A DNA stretch of 55,351 nt, the filler included, from Nitrospirota bacterium (lineage in GTDB: Bacteria; UBA2233): the NCBI GenBank assembly GCA_011620345.1. It is 2 parts of 2 records of this genome, joined end to end, with 100 filler letters (N's around TTAATTAATTAA, not from the genome) between each part and the next. Parts side by side here need not be neighbours in the genome. Positions count along the whole stretch, not along the records: positions 28,275 to 55,351 come from WOZJ01000031.1; 1 more part is not named here. One strand, written 5' to 3'. The notes under the pieces are model-generated. The model saw only the letters and a program-made list of their open reading frames with translations, was not told the DNA's origin and made no database searches. Within the stretch, counting starts at the first letter, position 1, and each line of letters begins with the position of its first letter. Positions 48,601 to 55,351 of this stretch are shown here, piece after piece. A program made the translations under genes and the position numbers.

Positions 48601-48638
48601 AAAAGGCCCCGGAGGGGGGGAGGTCCCTCCGGGGCCTT
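48601..48638 (-). terminator. Intrinsic terminator of aceBA
   Basis: AAGGCCCCGGAGGG / CCCTCCGGGGCCTT stem followed by TTTTCTTT on the minus strand, just after the aceA stop. Confidence 0.85.
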
Positions 48639-48645
48639 GGATGGG

Positions 48646-49998
48646 CTAGGAGGCCGTCTGGTAGGGGCAGGCCTCCTTCGAGTCGACGTAAGGGCAAGGT
48701 GCGAACTGCTCGGCCTCGGTCGAGGCCTCCAGCGCGGCCAGGGCGCTTTCCCCGCCCGAGGCGGCCTTGGAAACCTCATCAAAGTAGCCGACGCCGACGA
48801 AGCTCTGATGCTTGGCCGTCCTGTAGCCTTCCTGCTCTTTGGCGAACTCTCTTGCCTGAAGGTCTGCATACGCGCTCATGCCGCGTTCTTTGTAGCCCTT
48901 GGCTAGGTCAAACATGACGAGGTTCATCGCATGGAACGCCGAGAGCGTGATGAACTGGTATTTGTACCCCATGCCTCCAAGCTCCCGCTGGAACTTGGCG
49001 ATTTCGGTATCGGAGAGCTTGCGCTTCCAGTTGAATGAAGGTGAGCAGTTGTAGGCGAGCATCTTGCCGGGGAAGCGTTTGCGTACGTTCGTTGCGAACT
49101 TCCAGGCTTCCTCCATGTTGGGCTCGGATGTCTCAAACCAGATCAAATCGGCGTAAGGGGCGTAGGCCCAGGCCCTCTGTATGGTCAAATCGAGCCCGCC
49201 TTTGATCCTGAAAAACCCCTCGAACGTGCGCTCGCCCGTCATGAAGGTATGATCCAAGGGGTCGATGTCGGAAGTGAGCAGCTGGGCAGAGAGCGCGTCG
49301 GTTCTGGCGATTAAAACGGTTGGAACGCCCAGCACGTCGGCCGCAAGCCTTGCAGCCGAAAGCTTCTGGATGAACTCTCTTGCCGGCACGAGCACCTTTC
49401 CGCCCAAATGCCCGCATTTTTTTGCAGACGAGAGTTGATCTTCATAATGGACGCCCGCGGCCCCGGCTTCGATCATGGCCTTCATCAGCTCGTAGGCGTT
49501 CAGCGTTCCTCCGAACCCCGCCTCGGCGTCGGCCACGAGCGGAACGATCCAGTCGGTCCCGTTTCGGCCTTCGGTTGCGGCGATCTGGTCTTGCCGGACG
49601 AGTGCGCTATTAATACGCCTAACAAGCGAAGGGACGCTATCTACGGGATAGAGGCTTTGGTCCGGGTACATTTCTCCCGAAGTGTTCGCATCGGCCGCTA
49701 CCTGCCAGCCGCTTACGTACACCGACTTGAGCCCCGCCTGAACCTCCTGAATGGCTTGGGAGCCGTTCATTGCGCTGAGCACGTGGATGTATGGCTCCTC
49801 TTTGAGCATCTGCCAGAGCTTCTGGGACATGAGCTTGGCGATCGTATGCTCGACGCGTATGCTGCCCCGCAGCCTTACGGCTTGGGCGGCGCTGTAGAGA
49901 CGTGAAATTCCATGCCAGCGCTCGTCTTCTTTCCAGGAGCGCTCCAGTTCCCTTACTTCTTCTTCTTGTTGCCGGGTAAGCTCCGACTTGCTTGCCAT
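48646..49998 (-). CDS. aceA: Isocitrate lyase
   Basis: [39 protein letters not shown]. Confidence 0.98.
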   Translation of the reverse strand: MASKSELTRQQEEEVRELERSWKEDERWHGISRLYSAAQAVRLRGSIRVEHTIAKLMSQKLWQMLKEEPYIHVLSAMNGSQAIQEVQAGLKSVYVSGWQVAADANTSGEMYPDQSLYPVDSVPSLVRRINSALVRQDQIAATEGRNGTDWIVPLVADAEAGFGGTLNAYELMKAMIEAGAAGVHYEDQLSSAKKCGHLGGKVLVPAREFIQKLSAARLAADVLGVPTVLIARTDALSAQLLTSDIDPLDHTFMTGERTFEGFFRIKGGLDLTIQRAWAYAPYADLIWFETSEPNMEEAWKFATNVRKRFPGKMLAYNCSPSFNWKRKLSDTEIAKFQRELGGMGYKYQFITLSAFHAMNLVMFDLAKGYKERGMSAYADLQAREFAKEQEGYRTAKHQSFVGVGYFDEVSKAASGGESALAALEASTEAEQFAPCPYVDSKEACPYQTAS

Positions 49999-50058
49999 GA
50001 GACTATGCTCCTTGTTCGTGGTTTGTTGTTTACCGGACCGTTCTCGTATACCGAGCCC

Positions 50059-51699
50059 TTAATCGAGGTACTCGTAGGCGAGCGTCGTCATAAACGCATA
50101 GAATTCCTTATCGAACACGAGCTTTCTAAAGACCTGCTCCGCTTCGTCGAATTTTCTACCGCTTTGCTCGTCCGGTCCGATTGAGGCCTTGATCTTTTTG
50201 AGCTCGTCCTCGATCAGTCCCGAGATGAGCTCTTGGTTTACTCTCCGGCCGTCTAATAGCTTGGCCCCGTGCCTTAGCCATTGCCAGAGTTGGGCCCTAG
50301 AAATCTCGACGGTTGCCGCGTCCTCCATCAAGCTGTAGATGGCCACGCATCCCGTTCCTCGAAGCCATGATTCGAGGTATAGGAGGGGTACATTGATGTT
50401 GACGCGCAGACCTTGCTCTGTAACCGTCCCTTCGGGGACTCGAAGGAGGTCGGAAGCCCGAATCTGGAGGGCGTCTTTCCTTAAGTTGTGCATCTGGTTT
50501 TTGCCGGGGATTTCGGCCTCGAAGATCGCCTTTACGGGCTCGACAAGCCCAGGATGAGCGACCCATGTGCCGTCGTGGCCCTGGCTTACCTCGCGCACCT
50601 TGTCCGCGCGAACCTTCTCCATCGCCAGCGCGTTGGCTTCGGGGTCGTCCTTGCGGGGAATTTGGGCCGCCATCCCGCCGATGGCCATCACGCCGCGTTT
50701 GTGACAGGTATGCACCAAAAGCCCGGCGCAGGATTTAAGGAAGTGCTTGTCCATCGTTACCTGGGAGCGCTCGGGAAGAACCTTGTCCTCAAAATTGCGG
50801 AACTTCTTGATAAAGCTGAAGATATAGTCCCACCTTCCGAAGTTGAGCCCTGCCATATGCTCCCTTAGCTCGTAGATGATTTCGTCCATTTCGAACGCGG
50901 CAAGGACCGTCTCTAAAAGGACGGTGGCCTTGATGACGCCTTTTGGCAGGCCAAGCTCCTCCTCGGCGAACGTGAGCACGTCGTTCCAGAGCCTTGCCTC
51001 AACGTGGCTTTCCGTTTTTGGAATATAGATGTATGGGCCCGTTCCGCGATCAACGAGCTCCCGGCCGTTGTGGAACAAAAAAAGCCCCAAATCGAACAGC
51101 GAGCCCGACATGGGCCTGCCCTCGATAAGCACGTGACGCTCGGGCAGATGGAGCCCCCGGGGCCTGACAAACAAGACGGCCGGGTTACCCGTAAGCCTGT
51201 ATTCCTTCCCCTCCGGGCTCGTGAACGTGATCGTTCCGCGAATCGCGTCGTATAGATTGAGTTGGCCTTCCACCATGTTCGCCCAGCCGGGAGAGTTGGA
51301 GTCCTCTAAGTCTGCCATAAAGCCGTTCGCCCCCGAGTTGAGCGCGTTGATCATCATCTTGCGCTCCGTCGGTCCGGTGATTTCCACCTTTCTGCACAGG
51401 AGCCCTTCGGGAAGGGGGGCCGCTTTCCACTCACCCTCCCGAATATCTTTCGTCTCCGGCAAAAAGTCTGGGAGCTCACCCGCGTCGATCCTCGCTTGTC
51501 TGGCTGTCCTGGCCTGGAGCAGCTCATGAATACGGTTGCGGAATTTGAGCTCGAGTTTGGACAGGAAAGCCAATGCTTTTGGCGTCAAAACTCTCTTGTA
51601 AGGCTCCGGAGTGGGGGCATCGAGTTGAATGCCTTCGGGTACGAGGTTTTGGCCTGATTCATTAGAAAGACTGTTCTTTGGTGCCCTATCGTGCATCAT
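50059..51699 (-). CDS. aceB: Malate synthase A
   Basis: VEITGP, DLEDS, VRPRGLHL, GLNFGRWDYIFS, GHDGTWVAHP, LMEDAATVEISR. Confidence 0.97.
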   Translation of the reverse strand: MMHDRAPKNSLSNESGQNLVPEGIQLDAPTPEPYKRVLTPKALAFLSKLELKFRNRIHELLQARTARQARIDAGELPDFLPETKDIREGEWKAAPLPEGLLCRKVEITGPTERKMMINALNSGANGFMADLEDSNSPGWANMVEGQLNLYDAIRGTITFTSPEGKEYRLTGNPAVLFVRPRGLHLPERHVLIEGRPMSGSLFDLGLFLFHNGRELVDRGTGPYIYIPKTESHVEARLWNDVLTFAEEELGLPKGVIKATVLLETVLAAFEMDEIIYELREHMAGLNFGRWDYIFSFIKKFRNFEDKVLPERSQVTMDKHFLKSCAGLLVHTCHKRGVMAIGGMAAQIPRKDDPEANALAMEKVRADKVREVSQGHDGTWVAHPGLVEPVKAIFEAEIPGKNQMHNLRKDALQIRASDLLRVPEGTVTEQGLRVNINVPLLYLESWLRGTGCVAIYSLMEDAATVEISRAQLWQWLRHGAKLLDGRRVNQELISGLIEDELKKIKASIGPDEQSGRKFDEAEQVFRKLVFDKEFYAFMTTLAYEYLD

Positions 51700-51804
51700 T
51701 TGAAAAAACCTCCCTTTGTTTTTAGATGTGATGTTTTGAAATCAACGCCACCCATCCTTCCTCTTCTTTCATGTTAAAAGTTGTACATATATAAATCTAG
51801 ATAG

Positions 51805-51824
51805 ATGTTCAATATAATGAACAT
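51805..51824. promoter_or_regulatory. Palindromic operator upstream of aceBA (IclR-like)
   Basis: ATGTTCA-ATATAA-TGAACAT in an AT-rich promoter region. Confidence 0.55.
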
Positions 51825-52128
51825 GTGTTCCATAAGTAAGAAAAAGAAGGCCAATATTAGACCTGATGACGGCATGAAGATTGTAAAGAAGATTAAAAAT
51901 AAGGAGACGTGTGCTCCAGTTAAACTCGTAAGATTGAGGCTAGTGCGGAAGATGCGCCTCGATTGCATACCAATATCCGTGAAACGCTTAAGGCCTCTAT
52001 TGTCGAAGTGCAAGCAGGATATAACGATGGGAGATAGGCTAAAGACCTGGCGGCCCTACCGCTGGGGCTGCAAAGCCCACGCTATCAATCTTGGTGTTGG
52101 GAGTTTTTAGCGAGGGCCGCCGCGGCCC

Positions 52129-53493
52129 TTAGCGTGGCGCCTTATGGAGGGGGGTTCCTAGGGCCTCTAGGCAGGCTTCTTTGATTCCTTCTGAGAAGCT
52201 CGGATGGGCATGAACAGCGGCAGCAATGCCGGAGAGCGTAATGCCTGCGCTCATGGCGAGCGTCGCTTCGTGGATGATTTCGGTTGCGGCCTTGCCGACG
52301 ATCTGGGCTCCTAAGATTTTTCCATCCTTGGAGTTGGCAATGACCTTGATTTTCCCCAGCGGCTCGTTCGAAGCGAGCGCCCTTCCGAGCGCACCGTAAA
52401 GGTAGGTGCCCGTGCGCACGTCCCCGAAGCGCTCCTTGGCCTTTGTTTCGCTTAAGCCCACCCAGGCGGCCTCGGGGTCGGTATAGAGGCAGTTTGGCAC
52501 GGGCAGGTTTTCCAAATCGAGCGCATTCTCTCCCCCTAGCGCGTTTTCGGCGGCAAGGATGCCCTGATGAGTGGCCGCGTGCGCAAGGAACGTACGGCCA
52601 GTGACATCGCCCGCCGCGTAGATGTTAGAAATGCGCGTTTGGAGTCCCTCGTTCACAAAAATCCCTTTGTCGGCGGGGCCTAAGGGAAGCCTTTCGAGCC
52701 CAAAAAGGTTCGGAGTTCTTCCTATGGCGAGCAAGACGGCGTCTGACAAGAAGGCTTCTTCTTTGCCTTCTTTCAAGAATACGGGCCTTGGCCCGGGTTC
52801 GATACGCACGAGGCGCGCGCCGAGCACGAGCGAAATCCCCTTGGCCTTTAGACTCCTTTCCATGAGCGCGGCCATGTCGGCATCGAGCATCGGAAGAAGG
52901 CGTGGCAGCATGTCTACAAGGGTCACCCGGCTGCCCAGCGCCTTGTAAACCATGGCCATTTCGAGCCCGACGAACCCGGCCCCCACGATGACGAGCGTTT
53001 TTGGGACGTTTTTTAGCTCGAGCGCTTCGGTGGATGTCCAAACACCCTGTTGTGCGATGCCTTGGATAGGCGGGACAAGCGGCGAGGAGCCCGTGGCGAT
53101 AAGGAAATGTTCGGCCTTGATGCGCTCTGCGCCTACCTGAAGGGTCTTTTCGTCCAGAAAAATGGCGGTTTCATGGGCGAGTCGGATTTTGTTTGCCATA
53201 AGGAGGCTCTCGATCCCTTTCTTTAGGCGGGCGATCGTTGCCTCTTTGTGGGCTCGAAGCTTGTCCGGGGCGATCGAGAAGTCCCCTTCAAGCCCGGATT
53301 GACGTGCCCTTTCGATTTCGAACGCCATGGATGCGGCATGCAGGTAGAGCTTAGAAGGGATGCAGCCGACGTTTAGGCACGTTCCGCCAAGTTCGTCTTT
53401 TTCGACGAGCAAGACCTTGGCGTCTAGCTGGGCAGCCCGGATGGCCGCAGGGTATCCGGCGGGCCCCCCGCCGACGACGACAAAATCGTACAT
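52129..53493 (-). CDS. lpdA: Dihydrolipoyl dehydrogenase
   Basis: GGGPAGY, GGTCLNVGCIPSK, HAHPSFSE. Confidence 0.93.
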   Translation of the reverse strand: MYDFVVVGGGPAGYPAAIRAAQLDAKVLLVEKDELGGTCLNVGCIPSKLYLHAASMAFEIERARQSGLEGDFSIAPDKLRAHKEATIARLKKGIESLLMANKIRLAHETAIFLDEKTLQVGAERIKAEHFLIATGSSPLVPPIQGIAQQGVWTSTEALELKNVPKTLVIVGAGFVGLEMAMVYKALGSRVTLVDMLPRLLPMLDADMAALMERSLKAKGISLVLGARLVRIEPGPRPVFLKEGKEEAFLSDAVLLAIGRTPNLFGLERLPLGPADKGIFVNEGLQTRISNIYAAGDVTGRTFLAHAATHQGILAAENALGGENALDLENLPVPNCLYTDPEAAWVGLSETKAKERFGDVRTGTYLYGALGRALASNEPLGKIKVIANSKDGKILGAQIVGKAATEIIHEATLAMSAGITLSGIAAAVHAHPSFSEGIKEACLEALGTPLHKAPR

Positions 53494-53635
53494 TTTTTTC
53501 TTTCAACGTTGTTTGTATCTTTCTTACCATGGCAAAAAGGCAAGGCGGGATCAAGCCGGAGCTATTCCAAAACGCGTGTTGTCCAAAAGCGTTTTCGGTG
53601 AAAGAATGGTTAGAAGGGAAAAAAGGAGGCAAACG

Positions 53636-54802
53636 ATGGACATCAACCCCAAATCCATCCTTTTTCGAGACCTACGCGAGGGTGTAGCGAATGTCATGAG
53701 CCGCTACGGGCCGGAGTACTGGCGCAAGCTGGACGAAGTTTCGGCTTACCCCGAGGCGTTCGTCAAGGAGATGATGGAATATGGCTACCTCGCAGCGCTC
53801 ATCCCCGAGGCGTACGGGGGCTCGGGTCTTGGCATCGCCGAGGCCTCGGTGATTCTAGAAGAGATCAACCACTTGGGCGGCAACGCGGGCGTGTGCCATG
53901 CCCAGATGTACATCATGGGGACGCTCCTAAGGCACGGCTCGGAGGACCAAAAGCGCCGCTATTTGCCCGACATCGCCAAAGGCAAGCTCCGCTTCCAGGC
54001 CTTCGGCGTGACGGAGCCCGATGCCGGCTCGGATACGCTCTCTATTAAGACATTCGCCAGAAAGGCGGGTAAGGGCTACATCGTAAACGGACAAAAAATT
54101 TGGACCTCCCGGGTGGCACACTCGGACCTGATGCTTTTGATTGCAAGGACGACGCCCAAAGAAGAGGCGAGGAAGCGCACCGAGGGCCTAAGCGCATTCC
54201 TTGTGGACCTAAGGGCCTCGATTGGCAAGGGCGTCACGATCCAACCGATTCCGACAATGATGAACCACCACAGCGCCCAGGTGTTCTTGGAGGATTTAGT
54301 AATCCCCGAGGAGAACCGCTTGGGAGAGGAAGGCCGGGGGTTTTCGTACCTTCTAGACGGTCTTAACGCCGAAAGAATCCTGATCGCCGCCGAGTGCATC
54401 GGGGATGCCTACTGGTTTTTGGAAAAAGCGAGCGCGTATGCCTCCAGCCGGGAGGTGTTCGGCAGGCCGATCGGCCAGAACCAAGGCGTGCAGTTCCCGA
54501 TCGCCAGGGGTTACGCAAGCACTCGCGCGGCCGATTTGATGCGCTACGAGGCGGCCGCACTGTTTGATAAAGGAGAGCCCTGCGGGCCCGAGGCGAACAT
54601 GGCCAAACTCCTTGCCGCAGATGCCTCGTTCGAGGCGGGCAACGTGGCCATCCAGACGTTCGGGGGCTTCGGGTTTGCCAAGGAGTACGACATCGAGCGC
54701 AAGTTTCGGGAAACCCGTCTCTACCAGGTGGCACCCATCTCGACGAACCTGATCCTCGCATACCTGGGCCAGCACGTGCTCGGAATGCCGAGGTCCTACT
54801 GA
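53636..54802 (+). CDS. Acyl-CoA dehydrogenase
   Basis: FGVTEPDAGSD, NGQKIW, LNAERIL, R..FGRPIG, RLYQVAPISTNL; AAGGAGG RBS before ATG 53636. Confidence 0.95.
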   Translation: MDINPKSILFRDLREGVANVMSRYGPEYWRKLDEVSAYPEAFVKEMMEYGYLAALIPEAYGGSGLGIAEASVILEEINHLGGNAGVCHAQMYIMGTLLRHGSEDQKRRYLPDIAKGKLRFQAFGVTEPDAGSDTLSIKTFARKAGKGYIVNGQKIWTSRVAHSDLMLLIARTTPKEEARKRTEGLSAFLVDLRASIGKGVTIQPIPTMMNHHSAQVFLEDLVIPEENRLGEEGRGFSYLLDGLNAERILIAAECIGDAYWFLEKASAYASSREVFGRPIGQNQGVQFPIARGYASTRAADLMRYEAAALFDKGEPCGPEANMAKLLAADASFEAGNVAIQTFGGFGFAKEYDIERKFRETRLYQVAPISTNLILAYLGQHVLGMPRSY

Positions 54803-54814
54803 AGGAGGGCTTCT

Positions 54815-55261
54815 ATGCTGTACTTCGAAGATATAGAGCCAGGTCAGAAGGAGCGGTTCGGGAGTTATCACGTTACGAAAGAAGAAATCGTTGCTTTCGC
54901 CGGCCGCTACGACCCCCAGCCGTTCCATCTAGACGAAGAAGCGGCGAAACGCTCTCTTTTTGGCGGGATTTGCGCGTCTGGGTGGCATACGGCCGCCATG
55001 ACGATGCGGCTCGTCGTGGACGACTTTACATCAAAGGGCGTAGCGAGTATGGGTTCTCCCGGCGGTGAGCACTTAAGGTGGCGTCGCCCGGTCTACCCGG
55101 GCGATACGCTCTCGGTCGAGGTTGAGATCTTGGAGAAGAAAGACCATCCCAAGCGGCCAAACGTTGGGCTCGTAAAAACAAGCTGGACGACGTTCAACCA
55201 AAAAAACGAACCCGTCATGACGCTCATCGCCGAGATGCTTATGGCCAAGCGGCCTGAATGA
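54815..55261 (+). CDS. MaoC-family (YdeM-like) (R)-hydratase
   Basis: LYFED, YDPQPFHLDEEAA, ASGWHT, PVYPGDTL. Confidence 0.92.
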   Translation: MLYFEDIEPGQKERFGSYHVTKEEIVAFAGRYDPQPFHLDEEAAKRSLFGGICASGWHTAAMTMRLVVDDFTSKGVASMGSPGGEHLRWRRPVYPGDTLSVEVEILEKKDHPKRPNVGLVKTSWTTFNQKNEPVMTLIAEMLMAKRPE

Positions 55262-55351
55262 AGATGCAGGCTTGTAATCCTACGGCTCAAGGCCATTGGC
55301 CTCGAGATCGAAAAAGCCGCTTTACCCTATTTCGCCGCCTTAATTTTAAGA

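Noticed and set aside
48240..48917. ORFs 48240-48869 (-), 48564-48917 (+) and 48568-48906 (+)
   Set aside because: They run through the aceA 3' end and its terminator, with low-complexity R/P-rich translations
51863..52004. Hammerhead-like words CTGATGA ... GAAAC ... GTC
   Set aside because: Stem II register is off by one nucleotide and spans about 100 nt, and stems I and III cannot form; the core words alone are not enough
51774..52110. ORFs 51805-52110 (+) and 51774-52013 (-)
   Set aside because: They overlap the AT-rich aceB promoter/operator, have no RBS, and their composition is explained by A/T bias
1..55351. CRISPR array, IS elements, retron/RT, selenoprotein or stop-codon recoding
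   Set aside because: No periodic repeats, transposase or RT motifs seen; the redox genes have ordinary Cys codons and uninterrupted frames

Overview
Bacterial DNA, moderately GC-rich and gene-dense; I cannot assign the taxon from sequence alone. The window is two assembly pieces joined at 28175-28274 by an artificial spacer (44 N + TTAATTAATTAA + 44 N), so synteny across that point means nothing. Left piece (1-28174) is mostly housekeeping: trpS, ugd plus UDP-glucuronate decarboxylase, lepA-lepB, peroxiredoxin and trxB, pepA, an acyl-CoA ligase-GNAT (Pat-like) fusion, tRNA-Phe, a pgm-methyltransferase-trpF-rimI-pyrK-pyrD run, tRNA-Glu, exbD, a CNNM/HlyC transporter, pgeF-rluD and ribF. Right piece (28275-55351) is accessory and metabolic: copAB, GST-CDGSH-DoxX-AKR-SDR-2-hydroxyacid dehydrogenase-amidase, hppA, a DEAD-box helicase, a CDF transporter, two MDR dehydrogenases, a broken HD-GYP gene, SDR plus a CX3C amidase, a pilotin-like protein, aceB-aceA, lpdA, and an acyl-CoA dehydrogenase with a MaoC hydratase. 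I found no CRISPR array, rRNA, transposase, integrase, phage or recognisable defence gene, and I cannot claim a demonstrated new system. Best leads: (i) a nested-stem RNA-like element at 48260-48393 directly upstream of an unannotated 42-aa Cys-rich lipoprotein ORF; (ii) an isocitrate lyase with a tandem CPY tail; (iii) a Pat-like fusion that keeps the ligase His but has Ser at the GNAT catalytic Glu position; (iv) a ~300-nt leader with alternative pairings ahead of the DEAD-box helicase; (v) a TrpF with altered active-site motifs. All family calls come from motif recognition by eye; no searches were run.
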